Of a DNA stretch of 46,103 nucleotides, positions 26,624 to 39,008 are shown piece after piece. The DNA is from Basidiobolus meristosporus CBS 931.73 (taxonomy: Eukaryota > Fungi > Basidiobolomycota). The position numbers and the translations under genes are program-made. The stretch is taken from positions 1 to 46,103 of the forward strand of contig MCFE01000683.1 in assembly GCA_002104905.1 (NCBI GenBank), read 5' to 3'. How positions within the stretch are numbered: the first letter of the stretch is position 1; every line of letters begins with the position of its first letter. The notes beneath the pieces are model-generated. The model saw only the letters and a list, made by a program, of their open reading frames with translations. It searched no databases and was not told the DNA's origin.

Positions 26624-28413
26624 TACTCACCATTAGTCTGTCACGATTTTGATCACTGGTGCGGGCAATGAAATGGTTGCCATTATTGACTTCAAATGAC
26701 AGAACTGTCCTTGGAAAAGCGCTAATGAAATTTCGAAATCTTGTAAATGTATAATCAATAAATACTACAAACCTGGTCTAATCAATACTTTGTGGATCTT
26801 CAGTCATGAGAACTGGAGCTGTTTCTCATCCAGATTTGTTCAACCCTTGTCAGACATGCTATTTTGTAATTTACAGAAACCTAAACAAGATCTGTTGCTC
26901 TGTAACGAGATTGAGGACGAGAGCATTGCTCTGTCAATATATCTATATTGCACATCCAAACTCAAATTCGATCTGAGTAATGTAACCTATACTTGGCATG
27001 TTAACGCACCGAAGGATCCAGAAAAGTTCAGGATAGCGGATACAATTGTACACAAAGCATTACTCCAAATATTTGGGGTCATTTGGGCATGATCTGAATA
27101 TGACCATCAACATTATTGGGCTCCTATAACAAAAGGTGAACGCTACGCTACAGCCCTGCATTTTCAGAGTCAAGTAATTAGATTTTAAAGGTTGTTAATC
27201 CATGATACTATAGTAGATCTCAGTTGGCTCAAATTACTTTCCAGAGTGATTTACTTTATTCCGTTGAAATATGAGATTAGATTAGATGGAATTGCTATTG
27301 TAATTAGGAGTTCATAGGGCTACAAGAATAAAAGATGTGGTGCTTATATTATGGCCAGTTGAGGGGCTTCATGTCATATGCCTCCCCATCTTTTCCTTCA
27401 TCATGATACGAGAAAGGTGGTGGTGGCGGTAAAGAAATAGAGGTGTTGTGGTGGAGATTGGACAATCGGAATTTAGCCTCTTCCTCATCAGGCTTACCAG
27501 CTTCAAGGAGCTTCCCATGGCTGGATTTTCCACTTGCCTCGTTTTTCAATTGAGCAGATTGCTGAAGAGCGATCTCAATTTGGCCTACTATATCTTCAAA
27601 CAGCTCCACCTCCTGCTCCGGTAAGCTCCATGTCTCCTCACTCGAGTAGATCAGCACGAACCCGGAATCCTTCCCATCGATCTTGAAGCGGACCCCCATG
27701 GCCGCTTTGAATGGCAGGTTCACCCCCTCCCCCACCATGTCACTGAGATCTCTCTTGTTAAGGCAACAGGCGTATGAGAGGGTGGCCATCCTGGTGATCA
27801 TCTTGTTCTCCTTGGATATCCTGATCTTCTGCCAGAAGATGTTCTTGTCCGAGTGGCGGAGTGAATGATCATTGACATGTCTGTAGTCCTCGTGGGTGCA
27901 CACATAGGTGTCTCCCTCTTTCATGTAGATCGCACAACCCACCCCCAGGGTCACAGAGAGCTCAAACACCGATGTCTGGCAGACGGAGTTGGTGTCGAGC
28001 GTCCTGCGAATGTGCTGGGTGACTTTGCGGAACTTGAGCAGCAGGTCGTTGGCCATTCGAAGCGATTGCTCGTGCCGCATGTGAGATCCCAACTCCTCCT
28101 CCAACCAGGCGGCTCTCGCGGGTAGCGAGAACGCCTTGGGGAATACCTGGATCAGCAGAATCGCCGTGAGCGTCGAGATGACTGCTGTGACAACCTTCAC
28201 AACACATAGGGCCACCTCGGTGTTGGAGAACGGCTTCCAGACGGTCACCAAGTGGGTGGCTCCGCAAGCAGTGATGAAAGCTTCGAAAAGAAGCAGGACA
28301 CTCTTGTAGAGCATGGGCAGCGGCAGAGTGAGGGTACGCTGGAAGAAGAAGATTTCGATCGGGATTGCCATGTAAGACATAGAAATGAACACATCGGCCA
28401 CCATCGTTACCCA
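25556..28413. repeat. Inverted repeat: arms 25556-26406 and 27563-28413 (851 bp each), 1156-bp spacer
   Basis: Hand alignment finds 9 mismatches and no indels across 851 bp. Confidence 0.95.
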
Positions 28414-28500
28414 GGAGACTGGATTATCTTCCACAACTGGTAATACAAAAGGTTAATAACTGTCATCAGCGGTTCTGTAAGAATTGTACATACTTTGCAT
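27349..28500 (-). CDS. Ethylene-receptor-like membrane protein B (ETR1-type EBD + GAF, no kinase), 364 aa; exons 28500-28494, 28436-27349
   Basis: Same domains as gene A; 57-nt GT-AG intron after ATGCAAA at the same phase-1 position. Confidence 0.9.
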
Positions 28501-29310
28501 TTTGCTAAGGTATTGATCACTCGATAGTGTTTTGGTGGGACTTGATTAGGATTTCATGTGCTTTATAGAAATCTCAGCAATACAGGAGTAGCCTTGGACG
28601 GCGCTTTCGTATCATGAAATAGATGAAATACATTTCATAAAAAGAAAACTGGCTACCCAGCTGGTTACAATTGAAACTATTCCCCTGAGATTCTTGCTAA
28701 TGCCATTGGCATAGCTGACATCTTGCAATGGATGTACCGAGCTGGCCGACTACCCATTAAGATCTGGATCTCTGAGAGAAGAAATCTCCGAGTCTCAATT
28801 CCTCGATTTTCTCATAATCCTCAGAGTTGGCATGGTGAATTGAAAACGACCATATTAAAATGGAGACAGGGTCCGATCTCAGTTGATGAGGCTTGCTATA
28901 TACAATTAAAAATAGGAGCATTCGATGGTCTAGATTCTGACCAACCTGTTGACCGGTTGATTGGGCTAACTTGTTTTGTTTAGCTTAGGTTTGGCTCCCT
29001 CCTGGCCAAGCGCAAATGAAATATTCCAGTTAATTAGTTAATCTCCGGAATCATTTAACACTTGATTAAAAGGGGCACTTCATCTGTTGACAGAAACACC
29101 ATAACTGTATTTGGTTCAAATTGAAGTGCAAGCCTCTTGAGTTTGGTCAGACTTTCCCCGTGTCATTTGACTGGGAATTGGCGATTGATTCACCTTGCAT
29201 AAGAGCAGCACTGTCTGATATCGGCGGAAGGCTGACTGTATAACCCTCCTCATAGCAACAGACCTACCAATTTAACGCATTTGCAAAAACTGCCGTTGCG
29301 TGCACCTTAA

Positions 29311-29607
29311 TCAATGTTTCTCACCCAAAAATCGCTTCCCAAGCGTATGCCACCATTGGCCTATCAGCTGTGCCAGAAAATATTGCCACCGACGCTGGTG
29401 GTTAAGGAGAATTAAGCGTGTTGCTATGGCCTTGAAGAGCATGACCACTTCCTCATGATACGCAATATAGCCCATTAATGCTGCGTACAACGGCGACAAT
29501 ATCCAAATCGTGTAGTATATCTCCGACTGACACGATTCTTTGGCTGCACAAACGTTCACTTGATTACTCGATTGTCTAGGAATGCTTTCCGTAGTGGTCT
29601 GAACCAT
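29311..29607 (-). CDS. Hypothetical small membrane protein
   Basis: ORF with one hydrophobic stretch (IYYTIWILSPLYAALMGYIAY); no homology recognised. Confidence 0.2.
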   Translation of the reverse strand: MVQTTTESIPRQSSNQVNVCAAKESCQSEIYYTIWILSPLYAALMGYIAYHEEVVMLFKAIATRLILLNHQRRWQYFLAQLIGQWWHTLGKRFLGEKH

Positions 29608-29895
29608 GGCGGCAATCAAACTCTATGTACACACATATGAACCCCTCCTCTACGATGATTGAATCAACACCTGACACCCACCCCTCCACTACGCTCTACA
29701 TGTTGGGAAAGCATAGACCAGGAATGCGCCTCTGGGTAGCAATGATCAGTGTATTAAATTCTGAAAAAGGCTGATTAGAGTGAAATTAGCATTCGAGCCA
29801 TACTAATATGAATCGTGGTTCTAGGATTGTATTGCAATAAGCAGAAAGAATCGAAAACCACCAGTGGGAACTCTAGTTGAATGAGGTTTTACTTC

Positions 29896-30937
29896 TTAAT
29901 AACGATATTTTGAGCGGGGTTCGTCGTTGGACTCGCCAGTACGTTTAGGAGTTCTGGAGCGAGATCTAGTGCGTGAGCGATCCCGTCGACGAGAGGAATT
30001 GGAATGAGTGTATCGGGGTGAGGGGGAGCGAGATCGCGAACGGCCATGGCGCCTGGAATGGGGGCCGGCGTGTCTACTCGAGTATGGAGAGCGGGACCGG
30101 GACCGGGACCGACTATGGCGGCGTCGGTGGGAATACCTGGAATGGGAACGAGGGGAATACTTGGACCTGTGAGAAACCGACTCTCGAGAACTCCTTTTAC
30201 TTGATTGTGGTGAACGAGAACGACTACGATGTCGACGTGGGGATGTTGAACGAGACCGGGAGCGGGAGCGATAATGAGATCTCGACTTTTTGCTTTGCGG
30301 ATCAGCATCTCGAGAGTGCTGAATACTCCCTTTAGCCGGAGAAGCAGCTGGCGAGCCCTTCTTAGTTGGTTCGTTCGTTTTCTCCTCTCCCAAAATATCG
30401 TTCCAGGCATCCCAACGACCATCATCTTCTTCATCCTCGTCATTATCTTCTTTGTCTACAGCCTTGGCCTTCTCGCTTTCAGAAGTAGAAAGCTGCTTTT
30501 TCTTACGTCTTCCAAAGTCATCCCATTCAGAATTGTCCCGACTACTTCTATATTCTATTTTTTCTTGTCGCTCCATGTAGCCGCCACCGCGTCCCTCACG
30601 CGACCCACCACTTTGGGTGAAGCCTGGCTTACTTGCATTACATAAGTTGCAATGAGAGCGCTTGGCCCAGTTGATGTTACCGCACCTGCAAGTTGGAGAG
30701 AAAATATTAGCAAAGAGGACATGGACAAGAGATGGTTTACAGATGCTCAAGTATAATACGCGTCAACATACAAGTTACACTTCCAATCTTTCTCTGAAAA
30801 AAGTCCCTAAACGATAGATATGCACCATAAGAACACCAATCGAAAATCTGTGAAAAGGGGCTCGATACAACACGTCAGGAGACACTTACATTGGACTTGG
30901 TGTCCGAATCGTCTTTCCTCGTGCTTCGGGAAGACAT
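29896..30937 (-). CDS. ZRANB2: ZRANB2-like RanBP2-type zinc finger / RS-domain splicing factor; three exons
   Basis: Spliced GLFSEKDWKCNL-CGNINWAKRSHCNLC, then REGRGGGYMER..IEY...EWDDFGRRKKK as in ZRANB2, then an acidic stretch and a long RS domain. Confidence 0.85.
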
Positions 30938-33900
30938 GAAAAACGCACTGGTTCAAGTGAAGTTACGATAACTTGGTTATCAGTTAACACTCATTACCAA
31001 TCGCACCATATAATAAATATCATCTTTATGGAGCTCAATAGCATTCATGAACTCTTTCGTAATTGGATCCAGGATATTGTTTAATATAGTAGCCTATTGC
31101 ATCCATCATCAGTTAGAATAATCAAACTTGTACAGCATCAAAAGAAAATTTTCCACTAGAAATTCGCTTTGTAACGCCATCATGGGTTAGCTTTGGCTCT
31201 GGGTATATATCCATTCCCCATGGCTGGAGGTCTCTACGGGTTTGGAAGTTGATGATATTAGGACCCCAGGCAGCTGTATTGGTGTTATTCGTGTTCAGAA
31301 GCGGTGTTGATCTCATTCAACTTCAGGCTGTAAGCTTTCAGAATTCAAAAGGAGATAAATTTTAGGCGCCACTTGAACCGGGCCTGGCTTTCGTTGGCGA
31401 GAGATACTGGATCAAGAATTCACCAAGCGATGAAAGCGGTGGTTGCGGTGTGAGTGTGTTTCGTGGATCAAGTAAGGATACGGCCGGGCTCTTTACAATA
31501 TAGATATACGACGGAGAGAGACAGAAGGATGAAGCTATGTTTATCCGGTCGTTACGGAAGAGAACATGCCGAAGTGCCAGGTGGCACAGTGATGAGATAG
31601 ATCCTGTATTAGGGCTTTGAAGATTGTTGGACCTAGGAAAGATTCAGCTGTGCAATGTCCTAGCTGGCAAAAGAAAATCACTAGTGTTAAAAAAAGTAAT
31701 GAGGGCACCAACAACTGGAAGTCTAAAAATGACTAGTCCCTCAGGATTTTGATCATGATAGAGAATTCCTACACGCATAAGTGGCGTAGGCAATCCTCGC
31801 ATCACTATATTGAATAGTCGAAACCCGAGGTTTACCAAACGTAATCAACTGGGCCAGATTCGGCATATTGAAAACTCTGACATCGGTCCAGTAGACGCCT
31901 ATTACAAGCGATTCTAAATGCATATTCTAAAGCCACCCTGTAACCATTTACCGTATTAAGCTCTTACATTGGTACAATTAGTCTCTCGCATCTCCATCAA
32001 CTGTGCCAGGTATTCCAGGTTTCATGGCAAGAGCTCGCAAATTTGCTGGCCTAGATCATTCTTTCTGAAGGCACGCAGAGAAGCAAAGCTCTTGTTTACG
32101 CCATCAATCTGTGCAAAGGTAAACCACGAAGCTGTTTTGAGGCAGTGAAGAAGGAACTTGGGCTGTATAGGAGCATGTGTAAAGAACGTGCTTGCTTGTT
32201 CCCAATAGAAGGAATGTTGCTAAAAATTACACGGAATTTCGGCATCTCTATCCATGTTTGGAGCTCAGCCAAGCAGTGGAAAGATATTTCTAAAGCGACA
32301 TCAATTTAAAAGTTGGAAGGACAATGGCATATCGAAGGATACAAATAGGAATTCGAAAAGGGTCAATCTCCATTGTGGCAATGTAGAGCCGGCATTGTCT
32401 TTCACATGCAAACAAGCATTAACCACCTATCGCATCCTCGTCTATTTGCAGCTAATACCACTACCACCGTTTACGTATTCCTATCTCTTTAGACAACACA
32501 CTTTCATCACCTATTGAGCTAACTCCATAAAGCCTGAGGATTATTCAACACGAGCACGCTGTCTCATCACTTTCCAAATTAGTTTGATGCAAATGGTTGA
32601 TTTGTTCAGCGTAAATCTCCCCTATGTCATAGCACGCAACGCCCAACCTTTGTACACAATGATCGAGAATGGGCATTATAAATCTATTCAAGTATAGCGG
32701 AAATACAAATACCTAGACAAATCTCCCCTTGAACAAGCCTACATCATATGAGCAGCTTTTGTGCCATGCTTAATGTGAAAAGGCGCCAGTAGGCATTCAA
32801 AGATGACGTTGTTGGGGATAACGTTAGTGTGGAAACCGCAACACAGACACACTATCAAAAGGTCGACAAAGATATGTGGCACAGATGAGCCCCATTGGCT
32901 CTGTAAATAGCTCAGATAAGCGACTTGTCATCTGGATTACTCGATTGGTTGGATGCTCGTGATCTAGCACAAGCACCCTAGATGTACTAGTCCCATCAGC
33001 CTATAAATATTCCCCGAGATCATCCTCGTTGACGTAAAGTTGAGAGCCTTGACACCCATCGTAACATTCAGGTAACAACGTGGCTTCGTCATGAGGTGAG
33101 ACAAAAATGGCCCAATCCAGATTAGGATATTGGTTCTAGAGCCGAGTCATCGAGGCAGCTTTTCAATGAGGGAAGACTCTATTGTACTGTGTGTCGAAGC
33201 CTTCCCTCACCAAAACCGCCCCTACAATTCGATTCGTATTTGATAGGCGTATAGCTTAAAGTTGTCAAGATGTACCAATAGAGGGCTAGCGGATGAGAGG
33301 AAACTCGCATCATAGCTCCTTTCGGGTACAGACATTCGATTCCGCCAACATTATATAGCTTTCTTACACTGACAGTCAGCTAATAGCGCTGATGTTACAG
33401 ATTATGTAATCATTGGTGCTGCCTGATGGTTATCCCAATGGCGACTGTTTGCAAAACTAGGTTTAGTTGGTTAGGTGCTAATCATAATTTTAACAGGTTT
33501 ATTTATCAAGATTAAATGACTTCAAGTACGTAAACCTGAACTACTGGGAGCTCCTTCCCACGTTACGATATTGTGTTCACGATGTCTCAAACCATGCCTA
33601 GAGACAGTTCATTCTCAGAGTGCTGAATTGGTCCAATTATTTCGGCTCAGCTGGGCTCTTTTGATTGCTCCAAACCCTGGAATTCTCTAAATATAGCGCT
33701 AGCCATTATTTATTACCTATTTCCTGAATGAACAGGCTCATTTACATTTTCAGGGAAAACATAAATACAGGTAAATTTGGAACTGGATTCAGTGAAATTA
33801 CCCAAAATGGACAGCATGCCACAAAAGTATACAAGTCCAGGAAGGGTTACCAGGCCTTGGCAAAACGCGAGTGAGGTTAATTTTAAGAGAACTAAAAATC

Positions 33901-34112
33901 AGATAGCCTTATTTTCTATTTATATACAGGGTTTCAGCCAACGACTGGCACAGGGAAGATGTGTGAAAATGGTAGGAAAGAATCAATAACAGTATTAAAT
34001 TATAATGCGAGAAAGCAGTTGCTGAACAATCGAACGGAGTAAAATATCAGGCAAAGAATGATCTATCAAGGTGTTGTATACATAGAGGGGGATCAGCCGC
34101 GTACGAATCATT

Positions 34113-34523
34113 TCAGCGGACTGTGTGAAGCCACGGCTTACTGGCTTTTCGGAGTAGTTCACGACTATTCTTGCGAGGAGTGGTTGAATGTTTGGCTTGA
34201 TAAAACGGACTAGCTAGCATGAGGATGGATTCAACAGTTGGATATGACCTGCCGACCATCTCTTTGACGACAGTAAGGTAATGGTAGCGAGTCTGGTTGC
34301 GAACTTTCGTAAATAATCCAACTTGTCCAACTGTGAATCCCCGGTTGCTAACTTCAATGGTCAATCGGATTCCATCAAGTGTGCAAAAAGAAAAGATGGA
34401 CCAGGGAATGAAGGGGTCGGTTGGGTAATTCATACGGTGTACTTCCAATGTATCCTCGAGCATTTCTGGGCGAAGATTACGAAGCAAGTTAACGACATCT
34501 TCACGAGGCACGCTGGCTTTCAT
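34113..34523 (-). CDS. Possible GSKIP (DUF727)-domain protein
   Basis: FSFCTLDGIRLTIEVSNRGFTV...GRSYPTVESILMLASPFY resembles the GSKIP pattern (TLEG..l.iel..rGf...yeT..sLL..lSP); termini uncertain. Confidence 0.5.
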   Translation of the reverse strand: MKASVPREDVVNLLRNLRPEMLEDTLEVHRMNYPTDPFIPWSIFSFCTLDGIRLTIEVSNRGFTVGQVGLFTKVRNQTRYHYLTVVKEMVGRSYPTVESILMLASPFYQAKHSTTPRKNSRELLRKASKPWLHTVR

Positions 34524-36948
34524 TGATATACGGAGAGTGGATGTAAAATATAGCCTTGCGTTAGGTAGTAGCAAGAACAAGGACGTAATGAATAGAAAGT
34601 CGGAAGAAATTTGCGTAGTGCCAGTGAATCTGGAGATCTGCTGGTGAACTGACTGAGAGTAGAGGAATGATGGTCATCAGTGGGCGATCAGTGAGATTAT
34701 ATAAACATGATCTCAGTCCTGGGTAAAGTCATTGCCGAATATGGTGCGTGATACCAGCTGAATTCTTGTCGACAATCTCTTTAGAAATTTTCACACCTGT
34801 TACATTAGCTTTCTATACTGATTCTCGAATTGCAGCGATAGGCCAATAACAAAGCATACACCATTTGAGAATAATCTGACAAAGTGCTGTGCCGACTGCG
34901 ATCTGATGGGAATTAGCTGAATGCGGCGGTGATGATTGAGCCGCTTGAGATCCAGTCAATTGGAACGAAGTCCACCAGTGAAAGTCTATTTGCCACAGAT
35001 CACTGACTGGGCTTGGGTTGAAGGAGACCTTATTAATCTTTTTTACGTCAGCGAGAACAATTCGGGGAATTGTCATGGCTGCCTACAAGAGTGGTAAGTA
35101 TCCAGTGACTAATGATATGCGGCCTGTCCATCAATTGGGTATCTTTATCGACGCAAAACTTCTGTAAATATTCCTTAAATTTCTAAAACTAGGCGCCAGG
35201 GCTATTCTTGGTAATCCGAGTGGCTAGATGGCCCACTCTAGATCACTTACGGTTTGGGCATAGTGCTCATCTAGATTTGATAGCTATGTGATCGAAAACC
35301 TATACAACTATGGAATCCACTTCCCATTTCCGGATCGATCATTCTTACGCCATTGGCAAATGGCAACTCTTCTGTACGGAAGTAATTTTTGTATGCCCCG
35401 CAGCTGGGGTAGAGTTCTTTTGTACCAATATGGGCGATATTAAGCGTATATTGTATAGGATGTGCTTGCCGTTATTTCCGATTTGATGCGCGTAGCCCGA
35501 TTTGAATGGCCACTTCGAACCTCGCCATTGTAATAGCAGAGGCAATGCTCAGTAATCGTACAGTTTCATTTTGTCAGATGCGCTGCGCAGCAGAGTTAAT
35601 GCAATGCTCTGCGCATTGACTACGGTCTGGTGGTCGCCAAGCCTACACACTAAGCCCAGGGGAATGTTTCTTCGCCAGTGGTCGTAACAACGTCAGCTAT
35701 GGTGAGTAAAGGCTGTATATTCTAATCCAAGTCCTCTATTCAACTGATTGGTCGAACTCGATGTTGTAGTAACGCACGACTTGAAGCACACATATATGAT
35801 ATAAACGACAAACATGGAATGGTTCCTATGTTTAGCAGAATGTCGAAAAAAGCCGGGTAAATTGGCAACTCGGGTTGTGGATTACCCAAATTGGTTTGGT
35901 ACATATTGTCGCTATGCATGGCATTTAGACCAAAGAATACCCAATTGTTACAAACTCGGTAATCGCTAACTTCTCTACGTTGCTTGCTTTGTTCTGGGAG
36001 CATATAGGTTAAATGTGTGTATTGCTTGATTAAGCGAAGACACCCATTGACTGAATGTTTCATCGGCCAGAACTAGGAAGCCATGGCTTGGTCCACTGCC
36101 ACTCAGTTTTTTCAATGACCCCATACAATTTCATATACGGAGCCTGCTTAATAACACCAAGCTGATTATTTTTGAAGTTCCGTATTTCATAGCAGTATCT
36201 ACCATTAGTCATTACAAGTGTCCGATGCCTTCAAATAGAGCTTCGTCACATTAATTAGTAAAAACCACTCTCAATCACAAGATGAAACTCAAAATTCATT
36301 TGTGCATACATATACGCACCTTTGGATATCGAGAATGCATTATACCTTTATCTGAGCTCAGGATCGCTTGAATTCTACCTGATAACCGTTACTTTGTGAT
36401 GACAAAATCGAATTTCTACAACTAACGTTTTATCCCTCTTCAACTGGGCCAAATTTCTGAAATATTAGCAAAGCATCTAATCAATTTTATATTTGTTAGA
36501 TAAATATCAACGAGATATTATCATATAAGATCTGATCGAATCTACCTATTAAGTAAGCGATATTTTTCCTGAAAAAATTCAATTTCTACAGTGATGTAGT
36601 ATTATAAGGTATGATATTACCATTGACTAATACTGCGCTTGAATTCCGTGTATGAGGATTCTGTACTTCTTCTACATGCCCTTCCAAGGGAATGAAAAGC
36701 TTGATTATTTCTATCCAAATGGACTTCAGAGCAGCTTAAGTGACGTCTCTGGAGAGTTGAGTATGTTTCATAATCTCGAAGCATCCTAAAGTGTCTATGC
36801 AATCTAAAGAATTTTGGATCAATTCAGTTATTGTACCCAGAGCGCGCCACAGTATACCAGAGGTACTGATAGAGCATCCAGGTGAGCCTGGGGTAAGGGA
36901 GGTAAGAATGCAAACTCAATAGTATCATAGTCAAATTGGTGTAGTTCT

Positions 36949-37103
36949 TGTTGTAAGAGTCTTGGGGATATTGCAAGTGATTCAGAGAATAAGATGATAA
37001 TGTACTTTTCACATGTTGATTTATTGAATGTAAAAGTAGTATCCGTACCTTGACATGGACCTGGGAAGCAAAACATGTAGGATATGCTAATAAAGGTCCC
37101 AAG
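36949..37103 (-). repeat. Copia LTR fragment (element A), cut by element B
   Basis: Starts TGTTGTAAGAG; colinear with the first ~155 nt of the family LTR, more diverged than later copies. Confidence 0.8.
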
Positions 37104-37697
37104 TGTTGTAAGAGAATTGGAGATATTGGAAGTGATTGGGAGAACAAGTAGATTATGTGGTTTTCACTTAATGATTTGTTGAATGTAAAAGAAGTTTTTA
37201 TACTTTTACATGATCTTGGCCTAGCAATTGCGTAGATTAGGTTTTGAAAGATCCCAAGTACATGTGTGCAAAGTTTGGGGCTGTTGGACAACTTATCTAA
37301 TTTTCATGTTCTAGGTACCTGATATTTTAGTAAAATATTTGAAGTAAATCCTGACAAGGAATTTGGTCAGTATTCTCTAGGATTTGAAGATAATGATCTC
37401 AGTGACTAAGTTAGGTGAATATTATGGTAGAACTACAAGTCTTTACAACACTCCCACTCAGCTAAATGTTTATACTGACTAGTCCTAATTTTGACCTAAG
37501 ATATTCAAACTTGTCTCTAGTTAATGGTTTGGTGAATATGTCTGCAATCATTTCATCTGTAGAATAGGAAGCTAAGCTAACTAATTTATTTGCTATAGCT
37601 TCATGTATGAAGTGATATCTGATATCTATGTGCTTAGTTCAAGCATGAAAAGTTGGATTTCTACCTAATTGTATAAATATCCTTATTATCTTAAAAC
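37104..37697 (-). mobile_element. Copia element B: 3' LTR (37104-37450), PPT (37451-37460), RNase H remnant; cut by element C
   Basis: TG...CA 347-bp LTR followed by ctcccactca and sequence matching the RH end of element E. Confidence 0.88.
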
Positions 37698-39008
37698 TGT
37701 TGTAAAAATTTGTAATTCCACCTTAATATACTCCTAACTTAGTGACTTAAATCATTACCTTCAAATCCTAGGGAATACTGACCAAATTTCTTGTTGGGAT
37801 TTATTTAGAATATTTTCACCAAATTACCTGGTACCCATAACATGAAAGTTAGATAAGTTGGCCAAACACCCCAAACTTTGCACACTTGTTCTTAGAATCT
37901 TCCTTAGCCTATTCTACATGTTTGCTATGCCAAGACCATGTAAAAGTATAAATACTACTTTAACATTCAATAAATCATTAAGTGAAAACCACATAATCTA
38001 CTTGTCCTCTCAATCACTTCCAATATCTTCTAGACTCTTACAATAGGTTATGAGCCCTAAGCTGTCACTCTCTGCAATGTCCACTACTGCTATTACTGGA
38101 ATTTTTTCCTCTGCTGAAAAGTTGGACAGATCTAACTACCAAGTGTGGAAGGTGACAATGAAGATGCTGCTACAAGAAAGAAGCCTTTGGGATTGCCATG
38201 GGAGAAGAATGCCCTCCTAAAAACATGGGAGAGGAAGCCTTAGAGTACCAGAAGAAAGACTAAAGTGCCTTTAACTGCATTTGCCTTAAAGTCAAAGACA
38301 AATTGCTAATTCAATGCTCTAGAGCATAAATGACTAAGAATGCCTGAAAGGCATTATAAGACACCTACCAGTCATGTTTTGCTGCTAAGAAAATGTATCT
38401 GAGACAAAAATTCTTTGCTACAAAGTTGCAGCCAGGAGTAGAAATGAGAAATCTAATTCACAAAACTACCATACTGGTAGATGAGATGGAATCTGTGGGT
38501 GTACCAACTAATGATGTGGATGTGATGGTAACCATCTTGAATAGCCTGACAGACAGGTTTCAGGACCTTGTATCAGCCCTAGAGTCCAGAACTGAAGATT
38601 TGACCTTAAATTATATATATGGAAGGCTCCTGGATGAAGAATTAAGAAAATCAAGCACCAATAAGAAGGAAGAAGAAAATGCTTTAATTAGCAATGATAA
38701 CCAATAAAGGAGGTACCCAAGACCCTACAAAGGCAACAGCTACCTGTTTGCAACTACTGCAAAAGGAAAGGACACACATCAGACCAGTGTCCCAAAAGGA
38801 GAGATAATCAGCAAAAGAAGCCTGAATATGGAAATACTACAACAACTGAAGATAGACTATTCATATCTGCACTAAATATGACCACAAACAAGGATTCTCA
38901 GATGTGGTTTATTGACTCTGGAGCATCTCAACACTTAACACACCAAAAAGAACTTTTTACCCAATACCAAGAGATTCCAATCAAGAAGGTTTTCATGGGT
39001 GACAATAG
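37698..39008 (+). mobile_element. Copia element C: 5' LTR (37698-38045), PBS, decayed gag and start of protease; cut by element D
   Basis: 348-bp LTR, GGTTATGAGCCC at 38046-38057, gag with stops, WFIDSGASQH protease motif, breaks at ...GGTGACAATAG. Confidence 0.9.

Noticed and set aside
31474-32342. Two GTATCCTT U12-like donor motifs on the minus strand (31481, 32342)
   Set aside because: No convincing branch point or coherent reading frame across them; about one or two such 8-mers are expected by chance in this much sequence.
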